Shown in pieces: positions 17,373-27,583 of a stretch of DNA of 64,000 nucleotides (the first letter of the stretch is position 1; the number at the start of each line of letters is the position of its first letter). This stretch comes from an uncultured Acidobacterium sp. (lineage in GTDB: Bacteria; Acidobacteriota; Vicinamibacteria; Vicinamibacterales; UBA2999). A program made the translations under genes and the position numbers. Under the pieces are notes generated by a model, which made no database searches, was not told where the DNA came from, and worked only from the letters and a program-made list of their open reading frames with translations. Location of the stretch: NCBI GenBank assembly GCA_964628295.1, contig CAZVLS010000001.1, positions 10,250 through 74,249 on the forward strand, in the 5' to 3' direction.

Positions 17373-19222
17373 GACTTCCCGATCGAATCGAGGACGTCCC
17401 AACGCTCCATCGCCGCCAGTAGTTCCTCGTCGATCTTCGCCACACGATCCACGGTGGCTTTGATGTCGGAGCCGGGCTTCGTATAGAAGCCCGGATCTGC
17501 GAGCGATGCATTCAGCTGCTTCTGCTCTTCTTCCAGCGCGGCGATGCGACCGGGGAGCTCTGCGTACTCACGCTCTTCTTTGAACGAGCGCTTCTTCTTG
17601 CTCTTCCCGCTGCCCGTGGCGTCTTTTGTGAGCCCGGTCGTGTCTTTGGCGTTCCCCGGCGCGTTCCTGGTGTTCCCCGGCCCGCCCTTCGCTCCCCCCG
17701 CGGCCTTCTGCCGGAGGTAATCTTCATACCCGCCGACGTACTCCTCCACTCGTCCGCCGCCTTCAAACGCGATCGTGCTCGTGACCACGTTGTCGAGGAA
17801 GCGGCGATCGTGGCTCACCAGCAGCAACGTGCCGGGCCATTCCACGAGCTGCTGCTCCAGCAACTCCAGCGTTTCGAGATCGAGATCGTTGGTCGGCTCG
17901 TCGAGGACCAGCGTGTTGGCGGGACGCGTCAACAATCTCGCCAGGAGCAGGCGATTGCGCTCGCCGCCCGACAAGGCGCGCACGGGCGACCGCGCGCGTT
18001 CGGGTGAAAACAGGAAATCCTGCAGGTAGCCCATCACGTGGCGCGGCTGGCCGTTGATGGTGACGGTATCGCTGCCGTCGCCGATCGTGTCGACAACGGT
18101 GCGATCGGGATCGAGCTGCTCGCGCTGCTGATCGTAATAAGCGATCTGCACGTTCGCGCCGCGGCGCACGTTCCCGCTCGTCGGCGCCAACTCGCCCAGC
18201 AGCAATCGCAACAGCGTCGTCTTGCCGGCGCCATTGGGGCCGATCAGCCCGATGCGGTCGCCGCGCATGATGCGGGTGGAAAAATTGGCAACTGTCCATC
18301 CCTGTGGCGACGAGCCTTCAGGCTCGCTGACGCCATAGCCGAAGCTCACATTCTCCGCTTCGAACACCATCTTCCCGGATGAGTCCGCCGAATCCATCGA
18401 CAGCTTCACCTGGCCGGCGCGTGACCGGCGCTCCAATCGTTCGGCGCGCATCTGCATCAGCGCCTTGACGCGGCCTTCGTCGCGTGTGCGGCGAGCTTTC
18501 ACGCCGCGGCGCAACCAGACTTCTTCCTGCGCCATCTTCTTGTCGAAGCGGGCGTTCTGCAGTTCTTCGTTCGCCAGCCATTCCTCTTTCTTGCGCTCGA
18601 ACGTTGCGTAGTCACCCGGCCACGACGTCAGCCGGCCGCGATCGAGTTCGACGATGCGAGTGGCGAGGCGCTCGAGGAAGGCGCGGTCGTGGGTCACGAA
18701 TACCACGGCGCCGCGGTACTCCGCGAGGAACGACTCGAGCCAGGCGATGGCCTCGATATCGAGGTGGTTGGTGGGCTCGTCAAGCAGCAGTAGATCCGGC
18801 GCGCCCACCAGCGCGCGCGCCAGCAGCACGCGGCGCTTCCAGCCGCCAGACAGCGAGTCGACAATCGCCTCGGGGGGCAGCGAGAGCCGGGTCATCACCA
18901 TGTCCGCCTGGTGGTGCCGCTGCCATTCGTCGTGCGGATCGAGTTCGCCAAGTCCCTCACCGACAACCGTGGCGACGGTCCGGTCCGCCGACAGCGGCAC
19001 GTCCTGCACGAGCCGCGCGACCCGCACACCAGGCTGGCGAAGCACCACACCGGAGTCTGGTGGGAGGTCCCCTGACAGGATCTGCAACATCGTGGACTTA
19101 CCTGTGCCGTTGCGTCCAATCACGGCAACCCGTTCGCCGGGTTCAATTTGAAAGGCGGCGTTATCGAGCAGCGGGAGGTGTCCGAAAGCGATGGACACCT
19201 GGTCGAGCGTCACGAGCGGCAT
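17369..19222 (-). CDS. uup: ABC-F family ATPase, Uup-like
   Basis: Two ABC cassettes ([18 protein letters not shown]; LSGG signatures), an inter-domain linker and a C-terminal coiled-coil DNA-binding-type tail. Confidence 0.85.
   Translation of the reverse strand: MPLVTLDQVSIAFGHLPLLDNAAFQIEPGERVAVIGRNGTGKSTMLQILSGDLPPDSGVVLRQPGVRVARLVQDVPLSADRTVATVVGEGLGELDPHDEWQRHHQADMVMTRLSLPPEAIVDSLSGGWKRRVLLARALVGAPDLLLLDEPTNHLDIEAIAWLESFLAEYRGAVVFVTHDRAFLERLATRIVELDRGRLTSWPGDYATFERKKEEWLANEELQNARFDKKMAQEEVWLRRGVKARRTRDEGRVKALMQMRAERLERRSRAGQVKLSMDSADSSGKMVFEAENVSFGYGVSEPEGSSPQGWTVANFSTRIMRGDRIGLIGPNGAGKTTLLRLLLGELAPTSGNVRRGANVQIAYYDQQREQLDPDRTVVDTIGDGSDTVTINGQPRHVMGYLQDFLFSPERARSPVRALSGGERNRLLLARLLTRPANTLVLDEPTNDLDLETLELLEQQLVEWPGTLLLVSHDRRFLDNVVTSTIAFEGGGRVEEYVGGYEDYLRQKAAGGAKGGPGNTRNAPGNAKDTTGLTKDATGSGKSKKKRSFKEEREYAELPGRIAALEEEQKQLNASLADPGFYTKPGSDIKATVDRVAKIDEELLAAMERWDVLDSIGKS
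17597..17680 (-). repeat. four in-frame tandem 21-nt units inside uup
   Basis: Minus-strand units ccggggaacaccaggaacgcg / ccggggaacgccaaagacacg / accgggctcacaaaagacgcc / acgggcagcgggaagagcaag encode PGNTRNA PGNAKDT TGLTKDA TGSGKSK. Confidence 0.75.
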
Positions 19223-19230
19223 GAGCCCTT

Positions 19231-19282
19231 CAGGCTATCAGGCTTTCAGGCCCACAGGCGAATAGGCCAACAGGCCAACAGG
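19231..19282. repeat. tandem 8-mer array CAGGCNNN, about 6.5 units
   Basis: caggctat caggcttt caggccca caggcgaa taggccaa caggccaa cagg, located between divergent start codons. Confidence 0.85.
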
Positions 19283-19303
19283 ATTTGGTATTCTGCGGGC
19301 CTT

Positions 19304-20713
19304 ATGAAACTCGCCGCACGCGCAACGCTCGCCCTGCTCGTCATTTCCCTCACCGAAGTCACCGGCGCGCAACAGGCCGGCAATGCGGCCATCGAGGCGG
19401 AGACGATCCAGCATTTCCAGGCGCTGTTGAGGCTCGATACCAGCAGCCCTCCGGGCAACGAGACCCGCGCCGTCGAATACCTGAAGCAGGTGTTCGACAA
19501 GGAAGGCATTGCCAACCAGGTGTTCGCGAAGGACAAGACGCGCGCCAACTTCGTCGCCCGCATCAAGGGCAACGGCAAGAAGCGCCCGATCCTGATCATG
19601 GGCCACACCGACGTCGTCACGGTCGATCCGGCGAAGTGGACGCATCCCCCGTTCGGCGCGGTGCGTGACGGCGGCTACGTGTATGGACGCGGCGCGGTCG
19701 ACGACAAGGACAACCTCGTTGCCGGCGTGATGCTGATGCTGATGCTGAAGCGTCAGAACGTGCCGCTCGATCGCGACGTGATCCTGCTGGCCGAGGCCGG
19801 CGAAGAAGGCGCGCCTGATGTGGGCGCGCAGTTCATGGCCGACAATCATCTCGACGCCATCAACGCGGAGTACTGCCTCGCCGAAGGCGGCGGCGTGGTG
19901 CGTCAAGGTGGGCAGGTGCGCCAGGCGAACATCGGCACGACCGAGAAGGAGCCGCGCTTCGTCGAGATCATCGCGCGCGGTCCGGCGGGTCACGGTTCGG
20001 TGCCCTCGCGCAACAATGCGGTCACCAAGCTGTCGGCGGCCGTCGGGAAGATCGCGACCTGGACGCCGCCGCTTCGCATCAACGAAACGACCGGCGCGTA
20101 CTTCAAGAAGCTCGCGACGATGGTGCCGGCTGATGTCGCCAGGATGTACCGCGACATCCTGAGCCCCGATCCGAAGGTCAACAAGGCGGCAGCGGATTGG
20201 CTGCTCGAGAACCAGCCGAATCACTGGTCGATGGTGCACACCTCGCTCGTGCCGACGATCATCGACGGCGGCTTCCGCTATAACGTGATCCCGTCCGAGG
20301 CCAAGGCGACGGTCGATGTGCGCCTGCATCCGGATGAGGATCAGAACGCATTCCTCGACCTGGTCCGCAAGGTCGTCAACGATCCGTCGGTGGAAGTACG
20401 CTGGGGCCGCGAGCGCTACCGGCCGGCCGGTGGCGCGAAGATCGACACCGAGGCATTCGCGGTCCTCGAGGCGCAGACGAAGAAGCACTACAACACGGTG
20501 GTGCTGCCCACCATGGGCACGGGTGCGACGGACATGTCGAACCTGCGCGCGAAGGGCATCCAGTGCTACGGCATTGGGCCGGCGCTTGATTCGGAAGACA
20601 GCGGCAAGGGCTTCGGCGCGCACAGCGACCAGGAGCGCATTCTCGAGTCCGAGCTGCACCGTTTCGTCCGGTTTCAATACGACGTAGTGGTCGAGCTGGC
20701 TCGCGCGAAGTAA
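19304..20713 (+). CDS. M20/M25/M40 family metallopeptidase with signal peptide
   Basis: Motifs MGHTDVV, GRGAVDDKD and LAEAGEEG, plus a signal peptide ending AQQ. Confidence 0.85.
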   Translation: MKLAARATLALLVISLTEVTGAQQAGNAAIEAETIQHFQALLRLDTSSPPGNETRAVEYLKQVFDKEGIANQVFAKDKTRANFVARIKGNGKKRPILIMGHTDVVTVDPAKWTHPPFGAVRDGGYVYGRGAVDDKDNLVAGVMLMLMLKRQNVPLDRDVILLAEAGEEGAPDVGAQFMADNHLDAINAEYCLAEGGGVVRQGGQVRQANIGTTEKEPRFVEIIARGPAGHGSVPSRNNAVTKLSAAVGKIATWTPPLRINETTGAYFKKLATMVPADVARMYRDILSPDPKVNKAAADWLLENQPNHWSMVHTSLVPTIIDGGFRYNVIPSEAKATVDVRLHPDEDQNAFLDLVRKVVNDPSVEVRWGRERYRPAGGAKIDTEAFAVLEAQTKKHYNTVVLPTMGTGATDMSNLRAKGIQCYGIGPALDSEDSGKGFGAHSDQERILESELHRFVRFQYDVVVELARAK

Positions 20714-20767
20714 AGTCGGCTACGGAAGAGCTTAAGGGAGGCGGCGGCGGAGCTATCATTCTTCGCC

Positions 20768-21697
20768 GTGCCTCTTAACCGCGGGTGGTCGTATCGCGAA
20801 CAGGTCGGGCCTGACAGCGCAGGCCAGACCGTGTTGTCCTACCTCACCGCCACCCGCCTGCATTCCACGGAAACAGAATGGGCCGCGCGCATCGAGCGCG
20901 GCGAGGTCGAAGTCGAGAACACGCGCGTGCGTGGCGACTTCGTGCTGCACGCGGGACAGACCGTCGTCTGGAACCGTCCCCCCTGGGACGAGCCGTCGGC
21001 GCCGGCGCACTTCGACATCATTCACGAAGACGACGACATCCTCGTCGTCAACAAGCCGAGCGGCCTCCCGACGATGCCGGCGGGCGGCTATCTGGATCAG
21101 ACGTTGCTGGCGCTGGTACGGCAGCAGTACACCGGCGCGAGCCCGCTGCATCGGCTGGGTCGTCACACCTCAGGACTGGTCCTGTTCGCACGTACACCTG
21201 ACGCCGCGTCGCGGCTGGCGCGCGCGTGGCGCGAACACCGTGTCAAGAAGACCTATCGCACCATCGGCCTCGGCTCGACGAGGGCGGAGATGTTCGTGAT
21301 CGACGTGCCGATCGGCCCGGTGGCGCATCCGCTGATCGGCACGGTGCAGGCGGCGTGCGAAGACGGCAAGCCGTCACACAGCGTCGCGATGGTGCTCGAG
21401 ACGCGGCACGACCAGACGCTGTTCAGCGTCGAGATTGCGACCGGCCGGCCGCATCAGATTCGTATTCACATGGCCTATGCCGGCCATCCGCTGGTTGGCG
21501 ATCCTATTTACGAAGCGGGCGGCGGATTGAAGCGGCACCCGGGACTACCGGGCGATGGCGGCTACCAACTGCACGCCGAGCGCCTGCAGTTCCTGCATCC
21601 GATCAGCGGCCAGCGCATGAGCGTGACCGCCACTCCTCCGCCCGAGTTACAGACGCACAAGGAGCTCGTCGCCGCCGGCAGCGCGATGACGCGCTGA
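20768..21697 (+). CDS. RluA-family pseudouridine synthase
   Basis: GTG start. Motifs VVNKPSGLP, HRLGRHTSGLVLFA and the C-terminal HQIRIHMA. Confidence 0.9.
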   Translation: MPLNRGWSYREQVGPDSAGQTVLSYLTATRLHSTETEWAARIERGEVEVENTRVRGDFVLHAGQTVVWNRPPWDEPSAPAHFDIIHEDDDILVVNKPSGLPTMPAGGYLDQTLLALVRQQYTGASPLHRLGRHTSGLVLFARTPDAASRLARAWREHRVKKTYRTIGLGSTRAEMFVIDVPIGPVAHPLIGTVQAACEDGKPSHSVAMVLETRHDQTLFSVEIATGRPHQIRIHMAYAGHPLVGDPIYEAGGGLKRHPGLPGDGGYQLHAERLQFLHPISGQRMSVTATPPPELQTHKELVAAGSAMTR

Positions 21698-21700
21698 GTA

Positions 21701-21945
21701 GTCCACAGAATCAATCCACGGATTACACGGATTGCGCGGATAAGAATTCTGCCACCGAGGCACAGAGACTCAGAGCTGCGACGGCGCTGGGCGGCGTAGC
21801 CGCCGGCAGCGTCGATGAGCCCGGAATCACAAGCCTGGAAGACTCTCGGCTGGCTTGTGATCCCTGGCTCATCGACGCTGCGAGCGCGCGAGCAACGCTC
21901 GCGCTGCGCCGTCCACCATCCGTGTCATCCGTGTAATCCGTGGAC
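21701..21945. repeat. composite nested palindromic element, copy E1 (~245 bp)
   Basis: Outer 9-mer arms (cacggatta family), a cacagagg module, a GC stem and a central hairpin gatgagcccggaatcacaagcc/ggcttgtgatccctggctcatc. It is the reverse complement of the copy at 24411-24647. Confidence 0.9.
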
Positions 21946-21952
21946 CAAGTCC

Positions 21953-23179
21953 TTACTGTGAGTGACCGCGCGCTGTGATCTCCCACACGGCTTCGACGCG
22001 ATCGTTGCGAATCGCATACATGTAGTCGTAGAGATTCACGGCCGGATCGCAGTGCGGGACGATCAGCTCCATGCGGTCGCCCATCTTCCACTCCTTGCGG
22101 GCTTCCTTGAAGGTGATCGAGCCGAATTCGTCCGAGCCGGCGTTGTAGTCGAACCCCGGCTCGCCAATCACGCCGGCGCGCGGGACGTTGATCGTTAAGG
22201 CTTTTGCGCCGGCATCAGTCGTCAGTCGACCGGGGAATCGATTGTTCACAACGGTGGCGAGCACCGTCAGCGACGGCTCGAAGTCGTCATACACCGGCTG
22301 CCCGTCGGCGTTGCCGATCGCGATGTACTGCATGTCCATGAAGATGTAGCTGCCGGCCTGCACGTCGGTGAAGCCAGGGACCAGGTGATAGATGTTGTAG
22401 GTCCCGGTGCCGCCGCCGCTGAAGATCTCGGTGTTGAGACCGCTCTGCTTCATCTTCTGCTGCGTGCGCGCGTTCTCTTCGATCGCGGCGAGCGCACGCT
22501 CCTTTCGCGTCGCGAACCCAGCGATGTGCTGCGCCCCGCCGTCGTAGGACAGCATGCCGCGCAATTTCAGGTTCGGCTGCTTGTCGACGAGCTGCGCGAG
22601 CTTGATGGCCTCCTCGCCCGGAGGAATGCCGCTGCGCGTGCCGACCGCCACGTCAATCACCACGTCGGCAATCACGCCGGCTTCTTTCGCCGCGGCATCC
22701 AGGTCGAGCGCGTTCTGGTCGTAGTCAACGGCCTGCACGAATCCCGGGAAACGCTTCTTCAGCTGCATGGCCCGGCGGATCTTCACCGGCGGCAGGTTGC
22801 TCGTCGTCATCAGCATCTTCTCGATGCCGGCCTCGAGCAGCGCCTCGGCCTCGCTCAGCTTCGCGGCGCACAGACCGAGCGCACCGGCCGCCATTTGCAG
22901 CTTGCCGATGGCGGCGCATTTATGGGTCTTGGCGTGCGGGCGCACGCCGATCTTGTTGGCGTTTGCGGTGCGCTGCATCTTGGCGATGTTGCGCTCCAAC
23001 TTATCGAGGTCGACACACAGAGCCGGCGTCTCGAGTTCCGCCTTCGAGATGCCGGCCTTGTGCGGCGTGACCGGCCCCAAGATCTCTTCAGCGGTGTAGC
23101 CCTTCACCGGCTTGGGAATCCACACATGGGCGGCTGCTGCAGCTGACGCTCCGACGAACGCGCGACGGGTTGGCTTCAT
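21953..23179 (-). CDS. DSD1/D-threonine-aldolase-like PLP enzyme (alanine-racemase-fold) with Tat signal
   Basis: PLP-lysine box RPHAKTHK. Tat motif TRRAFVGAS from ATG 23179. The ORF-track start 23236 is a GTG lying inside repeat E3. Confidence 0.8.
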   Translation of the reverse strand: MKPTRRAFVGASAAAAAHVWIPKPVKGYTAEEILGPVTPHKAGISKAELETPALCVDLDKLERNIAKMQRTANANKIGVRPHAKTHKCAAIGKLQMAAGALGLCAAKLSEAEALLEAGIEKMLMTTSNLPPVKIRRAMQLKKRFPGFVQAVDYDQNALDLDAAAKEAGVIADVVIDVAVGTRSGIPPGEEAIKLAQLVDKQPNLKLRGMLSYDGGAQHIAGFATRKERALAAIEENARTQQKMKQSGLNTEIFSGGGTGTYNIYHLVPGFTDVQAGSYIFMDMQYIAIGNADGQPVYDDFEPSLTVLATVVNNRFPGRLTTDAGAKALTINVPRAGVIGEPGFDYNAGSDEFGSITFKEARKEWKMGDRMELIVPHCDPAVNLYDYMYAIRNDRVEAVWEITARGHSQ

Positions 23180-23216
23180 GCGGCGCAGTATATCGCCGCA
23201 GGGCTTAGAGGGTTCG

Positions 23217-23311
23217 CCACCGAGACACAGAGGCACGGAGACAAGGGCGACGGCGGCTGCGCCGCCTGGCGCCGTCTGACTGCATTTCTCTATGTCTCTG
23301 TGCCTCTGTGG
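23217..23311. repeat. mini palindromic element E3 (cacagagg arms plus GC stem)
   Basis: Left arm ccaccgagacacagaggcacggagacaaggg, stem cgacggcggctgcgccgcctggcgccgtc, right arm ...tctctatgtctctgtgcctctgtgg. Matches an internal module of E1 and E2. Confidence 0.85.
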
Positions 23312-23327
23312 CCAATAAACTTTAGAG

Positions 23328-24410
23328 ATGGCCTTAACGAACTACATCACTCTTGGGCGGTCCGGGCTGCGCGTCAGCCCGTTCTGCCTCGGCACCATGA
23401 CCTTCGGCGAGGACTGGGGATGGGGATCAACAGTCGCCGAATCCGAATCGATCCTCCGGCACTTCCTCGAACGCGGCGGCAACTTCATTGACACTGCGAA
23501 CGGCTACACGAAAGGTCACTCCGAAGTGATCATCGGTGACTACTTCGCGCGCGAGAAGAACCGCGACCGCATGGTCCTCGCAACCAAGTTCAGCACCAAC
23601 CTTTACCTGGGCGATCCGAATGGCGGCGGAGCCAGCCGGAAGACGATCGTCGAGTCATGCGAGCAGTCGTTGCGGCGGCTGAAGACGGATTACATCGACC
23701 TCTACTGGATGCATTTCTGGGATCCGCATACGCCCATCGACGAGACGATGCGCGCCCTTGATGATCTGGTGCGGGCCGGCAAGGTGCGCTACATCGGCGC
23801 GTCGGACACGCCGGCCTGGAAAGTGACGCAAGGCAACATGCTCGCGCAGTTCCAGGGCTGGACGCCGTTTGTCGGCCTGCAGATCGAATACTCGCTGATC
23901 GAGCGCACGGTCGAGGGCGAGCTGATGCCAATGGCGCGCGAACTGGGTCTGGGCGTCACGCCGTGGTCACCACTGCGAGGCGGCGTGTTGTCGGGTAAGT
24001 ACACGCGCGCCAACGCTGCCGAGGCGAAGCCCGATCGCGGCGAACGCGTGAAGACGTTCCTCAATGAACGCAACCTGACGATCATCGACGAGCTGATCCG
24101 CATCGGCGACGAGCTCAACGCCTCGCCGGCAAGCATCGCGCTGGCGTGGGTGCAGTCGCGGCCCGGCGTGACGTCCACGATCATCGGCGCGCGCCGGCTG
24201 GATCAACTCGAGCAGAATCTCGCCGCGCTCGATGTGGCGCTGAGGCCCGACGACGTCGAGAAACTCAACAAGCTGTCGGAGCCCGCGCTGAACTTCCCGG
24301 CGCCGTTCTTCCGCATGATCCCGATGTTTGCCAACGGCGGCACGACCATCAATGGCGCAACGTCGGCGCCGTGGCCGTTGATGCCGAAGACTGACGCCGA
24401 GAGGTATTAG
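23328..24410 (+). CDS. aldo/keto reductase
   Basis: Motifs GLRVSPFCLGTMTFG, FIDTANGY, DLYWMH and YIGASD. Confidence 0.9.
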   Translation: MALTNYITLGRSGLRVSPFCLGTMTFGEDWGWGSTVAESESILRHFLERGGNFIDTANGYTKGHSEVIIGDYFAREKNRDRMVLATKFSTNLYLGDPNGGGASRKTIVESCEQSLRRLKTDYIDLYWMHFWDPHTPIDETMRALDDLVRAGKVRYIGASDTPAWKVTQGNMLAQFQGWTPFVGLQIEYSLIERTVEGELMPMARELGLGVTPWSPLRGGVLSGKYTRANAAEAKPDRGERVKTFLNERNLTIIDELIRIGDELNASPASIALAWVQSRPGVTSTIIGARRLDQLEQNLAALDVALRPDDVEKLNKLSEPALNFPAPFFRMIPMFANGGTTINGATSAPWPLMPKTDAERY

Positions 24411-24647
24411 GTCCACGGATTACACCGATTGCACGGAATGAGCGACGGCGCCAGCGCGAGCTGCGCTCGCGCGCTCGCGGCGCCGATGAGACCGGAATCG
24501 CAAGCCGTCGAGATACTGCATCGGCTTGTGATTCCGGTCTCATCGGCGCTGCAGGCGGCTCCGCCGCCTGCGCCGTCTTGCCGTTTTCTCTGTGCCTCTG
24601 TGCCTCTGCGGCCAATCCAATCCGTGGAATCCGCGTAATCCGTGGAT
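24411..24647. repeat. composite nested palindromic element, copy E2 (~237 bp, inverted relative to E1)
   Basis: Starts the base after the stop codon. Aligns along its whole length with the reverse complement of 21701-21945, roughly three quarters identical by eye. Confidence 0.9.
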
Positions 24648-24671
24648 GAAATGTTACGCTTGTAGGTTCCC

Positions 24672-26309
24672 ATGATCGCGTTCGCCAACGTCAACAAGCA
24701 GTACGGCAAGCAAATCCTCTTCGTCGATGCCTCCTTCCAGCTCAATCCTGGTGAGAAGGCCGGGCTCGTCGGTCCCAACGGCGCCGGCAAGACCACCGTG
24801 TTCCGAATGATCACCGGCGAGGAAGCCCCGGATGACGGCGAGGTCACGGTGCCGAAGAAGCTGACGGTTGGCTACTTCCGGCAGGACGTGGAAGAGATGT
24901 CTGGCCGCTCGGTTCTCGATGAGGCGATCGCCGGCAGCGGCCGCGTGGGCGACCTGCATCATGAACTCGAAGAGTTGAACCAGGCGATGTCGGATCCGGC
25001 GCAGGCCGACGACATGGACAAGATCCTCGCGCGGTTTGGCGAGGTGCAGGAAGAGTACGACCACCTCGGTGGCTACGCGCTCGAAAGCCAGGCGCGCGAA
25101 GTGCTCCACGGGCTCGGGTTTGACGACGAGCGGATCGATGGTGATGTCGGCGCGCTGTCAGGCGGCTGGAAGATGCGCGTGGCGATGGCCCGCGTGCTGC
25201 TCGGCAAGCCCGACGTCCTGCTGATGGACGAACCGACCAACCACCTCGACATCGAATCGATCATCTGGCTCGAGAGCTTCCTCAAGCAGCACGACGGCGC
25301 GCTGCTGATGACGTCACACGACCGCGAGTTCATGAATCGCATCGTGTCGAAGATCTGCGAGATCGACGGCGGCGAGATCACCGTCTACTCGGGCAACTAC
25401 GACTTCTACGAGCGCGAACGCGCCACGCGCGAAGCGAATCGCGAGGCCGCTTACGCGCGCCAGCAGGCGATGCTCGCCAAGGAACAGCGCTTCATCGAGC
25501 GCTTCAAGACCCACGCCGCCAAGGCCGCGCAGGTGCAGAGCCGCATCAAGGCGCTCGACAAGATCGAGAAGATCGAACTGCCGAAGCGCCGCACGGTCGT
25601 GAAGTTCGACTTCCGGGACCCGCCGCGCTCGGGCGACCAGGTCGCCGTGATCGAGAACCTGTCGAAGGCCTACGGCAAGCGCGTGATCTACGACGACTTC
25701 AGCCTGACGATTCGCCGCGGCGAACGCTGGGCCGTGATGGGCCGCAACGGCGCCGGCAAGACAACGCTGCTGAAGATCCTGTCAGGCAACCTCAAACCGG
25801 ATGCGGGCGACGTGCGCTTGGGCGCGAGCTTGAAGATGGGCTACTTCGCGCAGCAGTCGCTCGACACGATGGACGCCGACCTCACCATCATCGACCAGCT
25901 GCAGAACGACTTCCCGCGCGAGGGGCTCGGCGCGCTGCGCTCGTTGGCCGGCGCGTTCCAGTTTTCCGGCGAAGACATCGACAAGAAGATTCGTTCGCTC
26001 TCAGGCGGCGAGAAGTCGCGTCTCGCCATGGCGCGCATGCTGTTCGATCCGCCGAACTTCCTCGTGCTCGACGAGCCGACCAACCACCTCGATCTGGCGA
26101 CCAAGGAGATGCTCGTCGATTCGCTGAAGGCGTTCGAAGGCACGATGATCTTCGTGTCGCACGATCGCGCGTTCCTGCGCGGGCTGAGCAATCGTGTGCT
26201 TGAACTCGGTGGTGAGAGCGGCACCGATTCGACGCCGAACGCCTACCCGGGGACCTACATCGAGTACGTGGATCGCACGGGGCACGAGGCGCCGGGAATT
26301 CATTCGTAG
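24672..26309 (+). CDS. ABC-F family ATPase (YbiT/EttA-size class)
   Basis: Two cassettes ([18 protein letters not shown]), LSGG signatures and no TM domain. Confidence 0.9.
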   Translation: MIAFANVNKQYGKQILFVDASFQLNPGEKAGLVGPNGAGKTTVFRMITGEEAPDDGEVTVPKKLTVGYFRQDVEEMSGRSVLDEAIAGSGRVGDLHHELEELNQAMSDPAQADDMDKILARFGEVQEEYDHLGGYALESQAREVLHGLGFDDERIDGDVGALSGGWKMRVAMARVLLGKPDVLLMDEPTNHLDIESIIWLESFLKQHDGALLMTSHDREFMNRIVSKICEIDGGEITVYSGNYDFYERERATREANREAAYARQQAMLAKEQRFIERFKTHAAKAAQVQSRIKALDKIEKIELPKRRTVVKFDFRDPPRSGDQVAVIENLSKAYGKRVIYDDFSLTIRRGERWAVMGRNGAGKTTLLKILSGNLKPDAGDVRLGASLKMGYFAQQSLDTMDADLTIIDQLQNDFPREGLGALRSLAGAFQFSGEDIDKKIRSLSGGEKSRLAMARMLFDPPNFLVLDEPTNHLDLATKEMLVDSLKAFEGTMIFVSHDRAFLRGLSNRVLELGGESGTDSTPNAYPGTYIEYVDRTGHEAPGIHS

Positions 26310-26329
26310 CGAGTGAGGGGCGCCCCTCC

Positions 26330-27583
26330 TCAGGCTGGGCGCTGCTGCGCAGTCTGCTTGCGCATCACCAGCACCTTGTCGATGCGGCGGCCGTCCATGT
26401 CCATGACCTCGAAGCGCATGCCGCCCCACTCGAAGACGTCGGCGGCCTTTGGCACCCGGCCGAGGCGCGCCATCACGAAGCCACCGATGGTGTGGTACGC
26501 GCCGGCTTCATCTTCGGGCAACGCATCCATCCCGAAATGCGTCGTCACATCCTCCATCGGCGCGGAGCCATCGACCAGCCACGATCCGTCCGCGCGGGAC
26601 ACGAACGCGCCGATCGCTTCGCTCGCGTCGGCGGGCAGGTCGCCGACGATCGCGGTCAGCAAGTCCGTCACCGTCACCAGGCCTTCGACCGCGCCGTACT
26701 CATCCATGACCAGCGCGACGTGCTTGTGCGAGCCACGGAATGACTCGAGCAGTTGCACCGCCGGCATTGAGTCGGGCACGAACAGCGCTTCCTTCACCAG
26801 AGCACGGAGATCGATCCGCGCGCCCTTGAATGCCAGCGGCAGCAGGTCCGCGGAACGGACGATGCCGAGCACTTCATCGAGGCCGCCGTGGCACACCACG
26901 AACTGCGTGTGGGAATGCGACGCGAGGAACTCGCGCAACTCTTCTTCCGACGCGTCGACGTCGATCCATTCGATGTCTGGGCGCGGCGTCATGATCGCGG
27001 CCACGCGCTGGTCGCCCAACTGGAACACGCGCTGCACGATGTTCTCTTCGGTGGCGCCGACGGCGCCGGTCTCCGCCCCCTGGCTGATGAGCGCCTTGAT
27101 TTCGTCTTCCGTCAGGTTCGGTTCGGCGTCGCCCTTGATGCCGAACAAGTGCATCACGACGTTGGTGGATGAGGTCAGTAGCGCAACGATCGGGCCGCCG
27201 ATCCGCGCGAGCGCCATCATCGGCCTGGCGACCCACGACGCGATCGCTTCGGGGCTGTTCAGGCCGATGCGCTTTGGCACCAGTTCGCCAAAGATCAGCG
27301 AGGCGACAGTAATGCCGGTGACCACCAGGCCAAACGCGATGCCCTCTGCGTAGGGCGCCAGCACCGCGATGCGCGCGATCGGTTCGGCAAGCGGTTCCGC
27401 GAGCCGGGAACCGCCATACGCGCCGGCCAGCACGCCGACCAGCGTGATGCCGAACTGCACGGTCGACAGGAACCGGTTGGGATCATGCGCCAGCGCCAGC
27501 GCCGCCTTCGCCCGGGTGTCACCCTCTTCGGCGCGCTGCTGCAGCCGCACCTTCCGGGCGGCGACCACGGCGATCTCCGACAT
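26330..27583 (-). CDS. CNNM/TlyC-family protein (DUF21, CBS pair, CorC_HlyC); 5' end unresolved
   Basis: Domain order can be read from the translation. 22 further in-frame hydrophobic codons lie upstream of ATG 27583 without a canonical start (see findings). Confidence 0.85.
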   Translation of the reverse strand: MSEIAVVAARKVRLQQRAEEGDTRAKAALALAHDPNRFLSTVQFGITLVGVLAGAYGGSRLAEPLAEPIARIAVLAPYAEGIAFGLVVTGITVASLIFGELVPKRIGLNSPEAIASWVARPMMALARIGGPIVALLTSSTNVVMHLFGIKGDAEPNLTEDEIKALISQGAETGAVGATEENIVQRVFQLGDQRVAAIMTPRPDIEWIDVDASEEELREFLASHSHTQFVVCHGGLDEVLGIVRSADLLPLAFKGARIDLRALVKEALFVPDSMPAVQLLESFRGSHKHVALVMDEYGAVEGLVTVTDLLTAIVGDLPADASEAIGAFVSRADGSWLVDGSAPMEDVTTHFGMDALPEDEAGAYHTIGGFVMARLGRVPKAADVFEWGGMRFEVMDMDGRRIDKVLVMRKQTAQQRPA

